Positions 40,759-55,564 of a stretch of 64,000 nucleotides of DNA are shown piece by piece (positions within the stretch are counted from its first letter, which is position 1; every line of letters starts with the position of its first letter). The translations under genes were made by a program, and so were the position numbers. This DNA is from Botryllus schlosseri (lineage: Eukaryota). The DNA lies in NCBI GenBank assembly GCA_051294905.1, contig CM119378.1:3350001-3414000 (forward strand), read 5' to 3'. Under the pieces are notes generated by a model, which saw nothing but the letters and a program-made list of their open reading frames with translations, made no database searches and was not told where the DNA came from.

Positions 40759-41177
40759 TAGATTTGCATTTAAAACAAACATATTTAAAACAAGGCCCTT
40801 GTTTAAAACATGTTTTTATTGTTTTTTTTCTAATCCATAACGTCACGAATACTCAGTCGTGACTTGATATTGGATTGACATTGACAATTGAAAATATAGG
40901 GTGAATATAGCTCCTTTAGCGAAATGTCTGCGTAGCTGTTGAACCGACTATTTTGACGGTTCCAACCATCCCATATCGTATATACGTCGGCTATGTCGGG
41001 TGGTAATCGTCCGTATAGGCTCATACAACATGTTTTTGCAAAGTATTTACGCAATTATGGCATAATTTTACAACTTCAAAATACACCATTTTTTTAAAGG
41101 CCTTTGTTTAAAACACTGTTTAAAACATGTATTTAAAAAAGTGTTTTAAAACACCCTTTGTTTTAAATGCAACCATA
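40759..41177. mobile_element. Same MITE family, copy 2 (inverted)
   Basis: Reverse complement of 21202-21627, with TSD TTCGCAAC. Confidence 0.88.
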
Positions 41178-41308
41178 TTCGCAACGCGCTTCGAGTCAAG
41201 AGTCAATCCACATTTCTGAAACGACGAGTCAAGTCGACGGTTATTTGCCACCACCAGTGAAATGCAACATATCAAACTCATACGTAACAATCCTTATTGT
41301 GTGATAAC

Positions 41309-42173
41309 TAGGGCGATTTTTTTAACTAAAAAAAGGAAAATTTTGACCTACAAAATTAAAATTTTGACTTTTTTTTACCTAAACGAACTGAATTTCGACC
41401 ACATTTTGACCTAACGTATGCAAAATAGGTGTTTCCCACGTAATGTTAAAATTGCACCACTTATCTTCAATTCTGGTTGGAACTGGCTGTCCTAACGAAG
41501 TAGTTTGGCCTGGAAAAAGTTTTTGGCTTAGAAACAGACAAATTTTTACATGAAAAAAATGGTACTTTAACGAAATCTGGCCCTATGAGGAATTCCAGTA
41601 TAAATAGTTACATTTTGTTGTAGTAAAACGAGAGATACTTTCCCACATTCTTGGGTAGACAGTGTATGTCCTTACTAAGAAGATTTATCAAGAATGGATA
41701 AAGAACGTTCAACAGCAGCAGTTGTTGGCTGACAACACTCAAGTTGTGCGCACACTGCTGGTGACACACCGTGTTGCTTCATTCTTACAATGTTGTCTAC
41801 AACTCTACATAACAATTTTTCATCATGCGCTTCTTAATATCAGAATGATGCAATGCCCAAGAAGTCTTTCTTCAATTAGGATATTGCGGTACGTTGATCA
41901 TAACACCATGTCTACCTATCTGTTTTATTTAACCGTTTATGATTCACAATGAGCAGACAATTGGCCGTTTACAACGGTAGGCCTATAAAATAGGCTACAA
42001 GCTGTAAAATATCAAATGATAAGTTCACCGATAGTGCAAAATCTACGAAATAAACCAAATGCAGACGTCAAAAAAATTTAGACTTCGTGAACAATTTTGA
42101 CAAATTTTGACCTAACGCTACAATTTTGACAAAATTTTGACAAATTTTGACGTGTCAAAAAAAAATCGTCCTA
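41309..42173. mobile_element. hAT-type MITE with TTTTGAC repeats (related copies at ~37820-39250 inverted and ~50090-50390)
   Basis: TAGGGCGATTTTTT...AAAAAATCGTCCTA with TSD GTGATAAC. Confidence 0.88.
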
Positions 42174-42960
42174 GTGATAACTCGTTACCTTTCTTGGACG
42201 TTCTTGTCGAAAAACGAGGTAGCAATTTCGTTACCTCGGTTTATCAGAAAGGTACATTTGCCGGACAGTATTAGCGTTGGAATCCGTTCAGTCCAAAACG
42301 CATAAACCTAAATCTGATAGGAACTTTAATACCCAAAGCACTGATGATCTGCTCGGATGTGAAATTAAATTCGGAACTTAAATATATTCGGAAAATTTTA
42401 ACTGATAATGAATACCCCCAATAGATCGTGAATAATTCTGTGGAAAGAAAACTGACAAATTCTCATGTCAACAAATCTCAGGAAAGGAACGCGCGGCACG
42501 GTCTGGGGAACTCATATACATCAACGTTTGATTGGCACCACCTCTTCCCTCTTTGAGAAAAAATGAATTTCTGCGGTCAATCGTTGTTCCGACAACTGTT
42601 ATGTTCACAATATGAAGCAATTACTTCCGGCAACGCGCAAAGATGCTGTTTTCGATATTGGGGACAGGCCGCACGCTAACCTATTTGTCTGCACTTCAGT
42701 CGACATTTATTAAATCGATTGTGTCAGCAGAAGGAATTTCGGTTCAACTGATAACAGGCCGCTAGCTGCGCTCACGGTTTGCCTGTAGTTCATGCTGTAT
42801 TTTTCATATGGCGTCATATGGCGGATTCGTGCAATGTAGTTGTCTTTATTCGCTGGCGATTACCCCTGAAGAGTGTCAGCTCGAAAAACTTCGGATATTA
42901 ATCTATTTACCGAATGAATGTATTGTTTAAATATATATATTAAAGTTCTGTACCCCGAAA
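42174..42960 (+). mobile_element. Second, decayed Penelope-like element (RT C-terminus to pseudo-LTR)
   Basis: LPFLDVLVEK...FVTSVYQKGTFAGQY*RWNPFSP...ELKYIRKILTDNEYP, and the 3' end matches 38945-39130. Confidence 0.85.
42852..42896 (+). ncRNA. Hammerhead ribozyme motif, second (slightly degenerate) copy
   Basis: ccc-CUGAAGA-GugucagcuC-GAAA-aacu-UC-gga; the loop III palindrome and stem I each carry one substitution. Confidence 0.55.
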
Positions 42961-43147
42961 CGCCTATCCAATCATCAAATCACATAAAAAAAACCTAAAC
43001 CACATAAACCCTAAACCACATAATTTATTTCCACCCTGGCAAAAACAGCCTCTAATTACTTTAGTTATCTTGTTGAAGTGTAGATCCATGACTTATGCAT
43101 ATTAAAATGAACACGGAATACAGCCGGTAACAAATATCATGTTACCT

Positions 43148-43998
<851 letters not shown>

Positions 43999-45309
43999 GT
44001 GTGCGCTAAAAAGCACCTTTTTTAGTCACGGGCAACTTTTTCATAGGAGGAATTTTACCTCAAACATCGGCTAAGTGGTCCATGAGACGAAAAAGGTTGG
44101 GGGCCACTGGATTACTTGATGACTTGAAATTGACTCGTGAATTTTGCTCCGAGTCACGAGTCAATCCATATTTCTGATACGCCGAGTCAAGTCAAGTCAA
44201 GTCATTTTAGCAAAGTGACTTGAGTCAAGTCAAGTCATATGAAAAAGGTGACTCGAGTCAAGTCATGACTAGCGTCATCCCAACACTGCCATGAGCTAGT
44301 GTTGGGATTCCCAATAAATCTCGTATATATTTTACATTCAGACTTTGATGATTAGGCAACCTACATCGCCGATATAAGACACAAAAAACTAGGGATGGAT
44401 TTGGTCCATCAGGGCTGTTTAAATGGATGATTTCATCCAAAATAATCGGAACATAAACGCCGGAAAATCGCCACCCATCAAACATAAAATATATTATCTT
44501 AAAGGTTAGCCAACTGCGAAACTATGGACAAAGTATCAAATACGGTATGATAGAATGTTGTTATGGTATGGAAAATTGTAAGTATGGCATGGAACGATTG
44601 AGGCTGGTATGGAGTATGGCAATTTACCATTCCATACCATATCATGCCATGTCCTGGTCATAGGGTCGGACATATCATGCACGGCATTTCGATAGGCAAG
44701 CATACCGGACCCTGTCTACACAAAGACAGAGTTAGTCAGCAGAGTAACGTGGGATAATTACAGTAAGTCATTTCAAAAGGGATATTTGAAACTCGCGAAA
44801 TTTCATTTAAATCACAAACGTCTATGAGTAAAAACATAACCGCTTATTTAATATTATATCGTGGAAATGCGTAATGCCACTCTTACCCGGTATCTTACCG
44901 TTCATCCGGTATCTAATGAGATTCGGGATTACGATCGGGATATACCTGAGAGATTCTATTCCTAGTCGAGGCTTCACTGCAGGCCAAGGGTATGGGTGTT
45001 CGATTGAATATCATTACAATTCGTTCCAGCACCTTCCTATATTTTCATTGTACTTCTAAAAGGCTAAACAAATATACATGCCGCTGGTCTTGCGAACCTG
45101 AAGTCTCGGATTCGACTCCCGTTGCACGCCCCTTATGATACAAGCCGCTGGCGACCAAAACCAGGGCCAAACCCAAACCCGCGCAATTTTGGTTTGGGTT
45201 GCTGCAGGGTGGGCATCCGGCTTATAACTTTACAGCCAAGTCATTGTGTGGATAACTGATTTGATTACTGATATCCTGGGGAAACCCGACAATCGGGAGA
45301 AGCCTACAG

Positions 45310-45418
45310 ACTCTCTCTCTCACTCGCTCTCTACCTCTCCCTCTCCTCTCTCTCTCTCCCTTACTCTCTCTCTCTCTCTCTCTTTTCTCTCTGATATCAA
45401 CCAAATATCTCTCTCTCG
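45310..45418. repeat. Imperfect (CT)n microsatellite
   Basis: Direct read. Confidence 0.9.
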
Positions 45419-46969
45419 ATTCGAGTCTTCGCTTCTTAAACAGGTGTTCTAAACATATAAGCTACTAGTAATCTTGAATACACCATATCCATTCCATTGC
45501 GGTCATTATCTCGAAAAATTCAACGAGTTACTCACTTTGAAATCGAATACCTATTTCACACGCAGGTTTTCGTTGTCCACTGGATGTCCACTTGTCCAGT
45601 TACCACGCGATTAGCACGAATTACAAGACAACTCAACGCTCGATCAGGTATCTTACGGACCACGACTATGAAGCGGTATTGCGAAGACAATCTTATATAT
45701 ATGCTATATGCCAAGGTGGGTGTTTGCTTGAACTCCAAATCGTTTCGACTGTTCCCGATCATTTTACTGTATCAAAATTGGTGCATTGGTGAAATTACCA
45801 ATAATAACATACTGAAGTGAGCTTCATTTCCATTGCCTTGTCCACTATATGTTATCTCATGTCACCTTTTATTCGGTGTGCTGCTGTTGGCCTACAGGCC
45901 TCATGTTTTATGTGCTTCAATAGTATTATTGGTAGGCCAAGGTTGGCGTTTCATTGAAATACCATTTCAATTCGTTTCAACACCTTGCTATCTTATTTTC
46001 ATTGTATCGAAATATTGTAGTGTTCTAAATTGATTATAATGATAATTGAATGATGATAATTATGATGTAGATACTGTATTTTATGAAAGCCAAATGCGGT
46101 TTTACGCCGCCATATCGCTATGACCGGTCACAATTCAGCATTTTTTCATGATTGACTCCAACATCATAATTGATTGACGATAAATATTTACTTTATGCCA
46201 TACAGGCGTATACTTCTTGATAAGTATGTAGTCGAGCCGTCATGAGAACATGTCATGTGCAACATGTGCAAGACTATTCGTCAGAAGTGCCGATTTGCAA
46301 ACTATATTATACTCGGTACTTTACAATGGACATCGGAATAACAGGCTGGTATAAATATAATCATGCTAGTAATCGACGTGTAGTTTTTAATCGCCACCAA
46401 TGATATTCGGTACTATGTTATAGGGTTGGCAATCGGGTATTAAGTTAGAATGTATTTAGCACTTTGTACTTATAAGATTGATTTCTAACCATTGATTCAA
46501 TGAGCTACATGTCGTGAAGTGGAACGCCTCGTCATCAGAAAGGTCACATGCCTACTATCTTGTAGAAAGTAGATATGTGGTTGCATTTTTGTCTGGTGTA
46601 TAGCGCAGGCGAAGGTACCCTACTTCACGCGCACACATGTTCGATGATCCTTATAAAACTCACACTTGATGGTAATGTGTGAATATACGGAACGCAAGCA
46701 GTTGTCAAGTGCTGATACGGTGCGTGATAGAGAAGCCTGCACCTAGAGCTGTGGGACGAGTGGATATACGCTTAATCATAACCTGAAGATATATTACTAT
46801 GTACTACAGTATGAGAATTGCTCTTGTATATGCTTTCCTACTTGATTACTTTTTAGCAATTTTAGCAAGAAGATGTAGTGAGTAGGTACACAAATTAATC
46901 TAATGACGCTGAAAGTAATAACGGTATAAGAATCCTGTCGCGCGTGGCAGTCAAAAAAGTTATTCAGTC

Positions 46970-47007
46970 GTTGTTGTTGTTGTTGTTGTTGTAATAATAA
47001 TAATAAT
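46970..47007. repeat. (GTT)n(AAT)n compound microsatellite
   Basis: Direct read. Confidence 0.9.
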
Positions 47008-48165
47008 CACAAGTCAGTGCAAATTGATCGCAATTGGAAATGTACTCAAACTAGATGTAATTCTTCCCTTCAACATTTAAGTGGATTTAGGCAGCCTATA
47101 TATAATTATGAATGTGGCTATATCGTCATTGCTCTTACGAGGCGTCTGGTAAGTGATCGGTCACTAATGAAATAGGGCAGCAAGTGGAGTGGCACAGGAC
47201 CATACGTAGCAAATTAGATCAGAAGTATGATCGATCGAATAAATCATAGCTGAAACAATCTCCCGGATACTGCTGTTCCATTCATGAATAGAAAAAGTCA
47301 TTATATAAATTGTTGAATTGACCTTTGTTCGTCAGAACCAGCATCGGGCGATTTTATACGAAAACCCGCGATATTGACCTCGCAATATTGACAGGGAAAA
47401 TCCAAAGAGCTGTAGTAGCCAAATCACGGCACGCTGGAGCGCAGGAATCTCTCAAAACAGGAAACGATGATGAATCAAATCTACATATCCATTACTTTGT
47501 TCCGATATTATGTGCTACGTTTTTGACCAAACACAAAAACAACGTGAAGAAAACACGCCGAGGTCACTCAGTTATACTTCTTATCAAGGGCATTGAAAAA
47601 GAGTGCAAAACATGTGTTCATCGATGACTAATGTATTTTATTCCGATAACGTTGACGGGAATGTCAACTGTTACGCGAGTCCGCTACGGCCAATAACTGA
47701 AAACCCAGCAACCAAAAGTCATGTCGAATTCTCGGGTGACGATTCAGTCAACTGGTAGTCTAGATGAGGTATATACTATAATGTGAAGAAATATACCGGT
47801 AGTATTCAGAGAAATCATGCATGTGATAGCCTAGAAGGCGAAATTCCATATCAAGTTCGGCAAAACGTTATCGTATAAAGCTCATACCATTGGATGAATA
47901 TTGAATAGAGAGGTGATAAGATTCGCGAATGTATGTTGAACTCTGCGTCTAGCTTCACTCAGTCCAGTGATTACTGACAATATCAATACCGCCATGTGAT
48001 TGAAGCTGATTAGGTAGCGCGTCGAGTACCGCAGCAATGCTCTAGCGTGGAGCCCATAAATTTAATTGCGGAGGAAATAGGCGACGTCACTAAACGATGA
48101 AGACTTTGGTTCGCAGACTTTTGAGGCAGTTCTTAGCTCAACGCATTCATTGTAGACCAACGGCA

Positions 48166-51100
48166 ATGGCGCACGCTTGGGGATACGCGGACTCAGCATT
48201 ACGTAAGTGATCATATCAGCACAGCATAGGCTTGGAGGTTGACTTCAAACTATTTCTTCAGCACCTCCCGAATGGTACAAAGACTACCCGATCGCCAAAG
48301 GGCACCGACAATCGCCTATTGACTTGAAAACCTGTGATACAAAGGTATGTCTGTCATGTGCTTAGATACTGCTGAGCTTCTGATTTTGGAATTTGGGTCG
48401 ACGACTCTATGTAAATTGGTGATCCTAATGTATGGAAGTAAATTTTCCAGTGTAGCATGGTATGTCACACTGGTTCCGTGTTCGGTTTGAGCAAAAGCAT
48501 TTTTCGGTCGGCGTTCGCCTTGCACTTAGGCTTGCGCGCTTTGTCTTCGATTACATTATACGCATGACCGAAATAGCAGAGCTAAAACTGTACTCGCTAG
48601 TCTGATCACACTCGCAATCAAATATGGGCTGTTTACGAAAATATGCACAAGAACATGGAAAGTGGAAACTATCGGTTACGGTACCGAATGATTGCCGTCC
48701 ATTCGTATTGGCAATTGAATATGCACTGACATACCGATATATATATTCATTCCATTGAATGGCAGATGTGTAACATGAAAGAGTAGTATTGAGTGCATAA
48801 ATATTAACTGCGGTACACAAATATATATCGCAGAATACAATACATTCATGAGCATACAATACATTCATATCGAAGCTTCAAGTGGAATAAATCCAGCAAT
48901 ATCAATACAATGTTTGTGTCGATATTGAAGTTTTGTACTTGTAAAAGCCTATACAAATATATATGCTCCTGGTCTCGCGAACCGGCAGTCTCGGGTTCGA
49001 TTCCCGATGAATCCTCTTATCTTATAAGCTCAGCCGCTGGCGAGTCAAACCAGCGCCTGGACCAAGCCCTGTCAAATGGGCTGGGTAGGCGGCAGAGACG
49101 GCGTGCGGGGTAAAACTGCAGCCAAGTTTATACGCATTCTTATGAGGATGGACTCAGAATTAATGTAAACTAAACTTGTTTTTATATTGTGTTTATTTTG
49201 CGAATTCAGTAATTCTAAATTCTAATCTAGTTCAGAGAACATTGTGTAGCTATAGTTCGAATTCTAATCTAATTCGCAAAAAACTAGCCATAATTATAAT
49301 TCTATTAAAATTTTAAAAAGCTGAATCATTTCTAGTTTGTCTGGCTCTGGGTGGTATTCAATTTCAGCGGGGCTGGGCGAACATCAGCAGCTCATATTCT
49401 GCACGTACCCCAGGGGATTTTCCAAACGAGAAAGCATTAATAAATGAGTTGTGTCGTTCGAATCGTATACTAAAAGCATTCGTTTACATTCAGGAAAAAT
49501 CATTCCCAGATTTCTGCATAAAATACGACCAAAACAACTTGACCAACGTCTCCAACAACGGACACAGCGTAACGTTTGCCGCGTCGGCCGGAACTTCAGG
49601 TCTCGAGACGCGGCTGTTGTGCAATCGCGAATAAACTCATGCGTTTTCGTACTTGTGTAGAGCTGTCTGGTGGACCGCTCTGTAGTAAATACAAGCTGGA
49701 ACAATTCCACTTTCACTGGGGAAGCAATTCGTGTCAGGGCTCTGAACATTTGTACGACGGACGAAGCTTTGCCGCAGAGGTAAAATACAGCTATGTTCAA
49801 TCCAATTTTCGGGATATCATGTTACATTTTGTTGCTGGTTTTGTGGAATTCGGATGTCTTCACTGCAGACAACTAGGTGATGCCGGTAATCTAATTCTAA
49901 TATAATTTGTTTGTTTCTTAGCTCTAATTCTAATTCAATTTGTGAAACGTTTCTACTCTCTAATTTTAATTCTAATGCAATTTCTGGTTTTCCTGAAAAT
50001 TCTGCAGGAGAACCGTGTCGTGCAAGACGAGCCAATTGTGTTGCGTACATACATTTAGCATTCTAATGCAGTAATGCTTGAGAGCAGGACGATTTCTTTT
50101 ACCTAAAAAATGGAAGATTTTGACCTCGCGTATGCAAGTCAAGTGTTTTCGCACATACTCTAAAAATTATGCTATTTACTTTCATTTCTGGCTGGTACTG
50201 TCTGTCCTTAGGAAGTAGTTTGTCCTGAAAAAGCGTTTTTTGCTTGAAAACTGACAAATTTTTGCAAAATCTACGATACAACCGAAATGCAGAGGTCAAA
50301 AAAAAATTGACTTTGTAAACAATTTTGACCTAACGCTACAATTTTGACAAAATTTTCACAAATTTTGACCTGTCAAAAAATCGCCCTAACTCTGATTTGA
50401 TACGAACTGAATTTCATTCAATTTCCAAGTTTTCGTGAATTCAGTAATTCTAATTCGCATCTAATTTGGAATGAACTGTATAGGAGTAGCTATAATTCTA
50501 ATTTGAATCTAATCTGGAAAAAAGTTGGCTATAATTATAAATTTATAATTATAATCTTATTTGGAAAGAATTTATAGCTAGTTATCATTCTAGTCTAATT
50601 CAGAAAAGATGGAAAAATTTTAGTTCAGGTCTGCTTCACTTGCAATTTGTCGTTGTTGGTTATAGTATAAATTTCTTTGACGTGACATCTTTATACCGTC
50701 GCAAAATTTGGGACGTAGTCATTCGAGTTACTCCTAAATGCCAGAGTGGCTCATTTCAATAGTCGGACCGACAGAATGTGTACGCGACGCTATGTTGCGG
50801 CACTTAGAGCTGGTCAAAATAGTCAGCGTTGCTACGCAACCTGCTGATTTTGTGCGTTCTAGTAGCTTGGAATCGATTGAATTAGCAAGCATTAGTCCGA
50901 GCGATTTCGTCTTGATGTTCTCAAATATGGATTGCTCGTTTTGTCAGCGTGTTTATTCAGTCCAGGTAATTTCAACTTTACGTTCTCAAATTTAAACTGC
51001 TTGTATGTTCAGCTCCACTTGGTCCACTGGAACTCTGAGAAATACAAGTCGTTCGCCGACTCTCTGGAACATCCAGACGGCCTCTGCGTTCTCGGGGCTT

Positions 51101-53709
51101 TCATAGCGGTAAGTCATTATTAGGACTGCGTTATCTATTTTCTCAAAGTAGAGTTAATAACTCTTCAAATTTGAGTTCTTATCAAAAACGTGTAGCGGAT
51201 ATGAATAACATGTTTGTACGATGTAAATAATGACTGCATAAAAAATTAGAGGGATGAGCGCAATGATTCGAGTAGATAATGGGAGACTATTTTTTCGACT
51301 ACCGAAATTGGACTCACCTAGCCACGAGTAAGAGTTAACTTACGAGAATTATAGTTTCGCGCCGTCAGAATTTGAAATGTATTGCTTACCGACTTAACTA
51401 TATAACGGCCATAAGAAACAATGTCGATACCGTTAGTTGACGCGCGACGTGCCCTTGAGCAGTGCCAGATATAAACCTAGTTTGCCAAACACAACGCACA
51501 CAGTCACGCATGCTCAAGAAGATTCAAAGGGCAATTCAATTCTTTATCACAGCCTCACGAATGCGATAATGCGAACTACGAGAAAGTAATCAACGGTATC
51601 AAATCCGTCCCCTACAAAGTAAGGTCGTTCTCGTGTTAAACTTACAACGAAGGTTAAACCGTTTGCATCTTCACCAAACAGGACGATAAGAAAGATGTCA
51701 CCGAGAAGTTTGACCCTGCTATTCTGCTGCCTAAAGGTAATCCGCATGCCGAATTCGTCGTAATTAAGCAAGGTCGTAGCTGTAATTCAAGGTCGCTACT
51801 TATACGAGGGTTGTAAAGAATAACCTGGCAAGGTCGATGATCGAATAAGGGAATATATTGGTGTTTGCGTTGGGTATATACAGGGTAATCATTCACTGTC
51901 GGTATCTATGTAGTAAATGTGTAGTTTTTTCGCTACGCTTGAGGCGATTATTACCGATAAGGTTTAGCGAATGATCACGATATTCACGATCACGGCAACT
52001 GGGCTATAAGTCGCGCATTGCGTTCGGCTTCAGTGTTTGTATATGTTATTAAAACTTTCGCAATCCCGCGCGCGGTTGCTATGAATGCGCGGAAGTAGTG
52101 GTAATTTTCAAGAGCTTATTTGAGGCCCGTTGTTATTGAAGGAAACCGCTCCCATCATCGATTAAGCGGGTTTTTACCTTTCACGGTGAAGTTGCAGCAA
52201 AACTGCTAGACACCGCCCCTACCAATATGCGCATCCGCATGTGCAGACTTAGGATAGTGCTAGTTGTATTATTAGAGAAATTGGGGCGAACTGCACGTAA
52301 TCTAATTTGAATCTAGTTTTGGGAAATGTGGTAATACTCTCGTTTCAATTTCTATGAAATGTCTGGTTTTCTCACAATGGTACATCAGAATAGTATAGTG
52401 CGAATCGAGCCTAGCTTGGTGTGCAGACATTTGCCGTTCTCGTGCTTCCGAGGATTAACTCAGAATTGATATGAACTGAACTTGATTTTTGTTGTGTTTC
52501 TTTCTAATTGGGAATTCCATTCAGTTTCCAAGCTCTTGCGAATTCAGTAATTCTAGTTCTAAGCGAGGCCTACGTGGCCTTATTCTAGCCAATATGGTTG
52601 GAAAAAACACTGTAGCTACAATCCTGTGTTAATCGAATTTGGGATAACGGAAAGTTTTCTATGGACTCGGCGCGTAGCTGTAAATCACTCAGCTGCTCGA
52701 TTTCGCCCAGCACTACATAATAGTACCATTATTGATGTGTACGTCATCATGGTATCATCAGACCGGAACATATTTGTATATCAATGGCTCAGGACTCCCG
52801 CAGGCTTCAATTACTATCTTTTTATACTTGATGCAGCCTTGGTACATTTAGACTTGAAAAAATACTTCCATTACCCGGGATCTCTCACGACTCCCCCTCT
52901 CAAGGAATGCGTGCAATGGGTCGTGTTCAAGGAGCCGGTGATGCTCTCCGAGGCGCAGGTGAGTCTCAGTTGGTTCGCCGCCACGGGACCCATTGTATTT
53001 TGAGATATTGTCCGAGTCTAACGTGAAGGTGAATGTACACAAATGTCAAAGCAGCAGTCGTTATTAGACATAGTTTGTCATACGTGACTTGACAACCAAA
53101 ATATGTGGAAGACGGCGTTTCGCCGATAATATCGAGTCGATATCACACTTTGAAAGGAGTATCGTTATCGGCCACTGGAGGTAAATATATATCGGCAATG
53201 TTCGTGACGTCACAGCGTGGTAGTAGGGATGTGGTCAAAGTAGTCTTGGTACTAGAAGTGGTGATTTCCAAGTAACTGGAGTGGTAAATATTCTATTTTG
53301 AAACAGTTAAGTAGAAGTACAACTATTCTGCAATCATAACCATTGAACAATGAGTGCGAGTAGGGGAAATCTACTTGAATACTATCATAAAGATGAATGC
53401 TCTGGAGTTTTGTAAATGCGCCTTGAGCTGGATGCCACATTTTAAATATCGGTTGAATACATCGAAGTTGTCGATAGAAGTGCTAGATATCAATGTCGGC
53501 CGGGCTCTAGGATATACCGAAGTGACGACGTTGTCCCAAACTCGAGGAGGAATTGAAACGCGGAAATGTTTACAGACTTAATACGGTTTCCATTCCAGCT
53601 GGCTGAGTTCCGAAAACTGCACTTCGGCGGCAAAGGCTCCCCGTGCATGTGCAACAACTTCCGTCCCGTGCAGCAGGTGGATGGCCGGGAATTGTTCAGT
53701 TCTTGCTAA
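48166..53709 (+). CDS. CA: Alpha-carbonic anhydrase, cytosolic type (CA1/2/3/7/13-like), 259 aa; join(48166-48202,48262-48344,49494-49599,49661-49779,51013-51108,51553-51618,51682-51736,52852-52958,53599-53709)
   Basis: Nine GT-AG exons total 780 nt in one open frame: MAHAWGY...RQSPIDL...NNGHSV...LSGGPL...QFHFHWG...GSEH...ELHLVHWN...DGLCVLG...[16 protein letters not shown]...NNFRPVQ...SSC*. Equivalents of the three Zn His (94/96/119), His64, Glu106 and Thr199 are present. No signal peptide. Confidence 0.93.
48966..49125 (+). mobile_element. Second SINE-like family in CA intron 2 (related copy at ~45080-45240)
   Basis: tRNA-like CTGGTCTCGCGAACC...GGGTTCGATTCCC head and a shared AGCCGCTGGCGA...CAGCCAAG core. 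Confidence 0.6.
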
Positions 53710-53949
53710 CGATAACGACTTTAATACTGCTGTTTTAAATATCTGCGATTTGTCTCCTGTTCCAGAAATGTTGCTATGCCGCGTGTGCTTATTGAATAGG
53801 TTATATTTTCGGACGTGCGTGCAAAAGAGCGGGTATGGTACGCTTTTTCATTTGTTGCAAATATCCTCCGTAGTGTGTCGGGGAAGCGTACCTGCAATTC
53901 CATGTAGTATTTATGAGAAATGACTCGCAATCGTGTATCTTCCAGCGTG

Positions 53950-53955
53950 AATAAA
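53950..53955 (+). promoter_or_regulatory. Candidate polyadenylation signal of the carbonic anhydrase gene
   Basis: AATAAA ~240 nt after the stop codon and ~110 nt before a large MITE insertion. Confidence 0.5.
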
Positions 53956-54610
53956 TGAACAATGAACATGGTCAAGTGGGTGTGGATTTGGGTTTACAAT
54001 CGTGGCCTTGTAGCCTGAAATTCAGTATTGGTAATTGGGTATATCGCAAACTTATTATCTAGTGCAGAGGTCTCAAACTCAAATGTGCTCGCGGGCCAAA
54101 TTCCTATTTTTGATGGCACCGCGGGCCGCACCACCAATAATAGGGGAATTCAATGTATTTCAAAGTAGGCCTTATTTCCGGGTTTCGAGCATAGGTCTAC
54201 TCCTGATAACTAGTCTATATTGACTTGTCATTACGGAAGTAGATAGAATCAGCGTTTGATTTTACCTTCGAATGTTGGAACAGATCAATAATAACTTGAA
54301 CATAATGGATCTGTGCAATAACAATAGAAATGTGCAATCGCCGAAGAATCCGTAGGTGTTACAGCTGTGAAGCGTAGGCTACGACTAATGCTCGTCACAT
54401 TAAATTGGCGACAATAACATATATAAAGATGCCCAAGATGACACTGAATGTAACCAACTATATCAAAGGGACAACATAATGCCAATGTCGGTTGCCATAC
54501 CTCCTACATGCTTAGATATCTAAATGAGCTACGCAACGCAAGCTACGGCTTTTTGATATTTTACTATTTCTCCTACCAGTTTGATAGTTTGTTCATAGTG
54601 TCCTATATGG

Positions 54611-54941
54611 TAGGCTTACCATATTTTGGAAATTCAAAAAGAGGACACTTTTTCAGAAATTTGAGACTAGCAAAACCGGGGAAGAATTCTCAAAAACCGG
54701 TGAATTTTTCCGCATTGCTAGGTGGATGACTAAAAAAAAGGTCATCTTTTTTTGCTCAGAGCTAAAATCACCGTTTTTCGCTCCGAAATACCCGCCGGAG
54801 CGTCACTTCTGTGCTAATTTACGGCATATCACTCGCAATTTGCTCTAAATCTGACCTAAATTTTCAAAAAAGAGGACAAAATCTCAATAAAGAGGACAAC
54901 TCCTCTTAAAAGAGGACGTATGGTAGGGATTGGTAGCCCTG
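54611..54941. mobile_element. hAT-type MITE with AAAAGAGGAC repeats
   Basis: TAGGCTTACCATA...TGGTAGCCCTG with TSD CTATATGG. A related left end lies at ~58635. Confidence 0.8.
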
Positions 54942-55564
54942 CTATATGGTGTGGACACAAGCAAATCTCATGACTCAGTGAAATTGGTCTTTGTCACACT
55001 TTGGTCAACGGCAATTTGACGGTAATTTTTGACCGGCTTGTCCTGCAATAGCCTAAATTTGATAAAACGGGTATCAATGGAATGCTACCACGGTACTGAT
55101 TGCGAAAATATCAATTTTATTCTGTTCGTGGCCCTGGAACTCGCCAAAATAAGCCTCAAATGTTGCATTGTAAGTGGGTTTGGTAGTGTGACGCAGCCAT
55201 GCCGCCGTCTGAGCAGCTCAAGTGCAAATGCGCACGAGAGTGAGAGTGCTCAATCGCTTGCGTAACAATGGCCAATACGCTTGCATCTTGCGGTGCTCCT
55301 CGCCTGCTCCCAGACGTCATTGCTGCACCACATACAATGCAACATTCGAGGCTTATTTTGGGGAGTTCCAGGACCACGAACAGAATAAATTTATATTTTC
55401 GCAATCAGTGCCGTGGTAGCATTCCATTGATACCCGTTTTATCAAATTTAGGTTAATGCAGGACAAGCCGGTCAAAAATTACCGTCAAATTGCCTTTGAC
55501 CAAAATGTGACAACGACCAATTTCACTGAGCCGTGAGATTTGCTTGTGTCCACACCATATAGGA

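Noticed and set aside
44120..44286. GAGTCAAGTCAAGTCA repeats as a CRISPR-like array
   Set aside because: No regular unique spacers; these are subterminal repeats of a hAT MITE ending CCCAACACTG in eukaryotic DNA.
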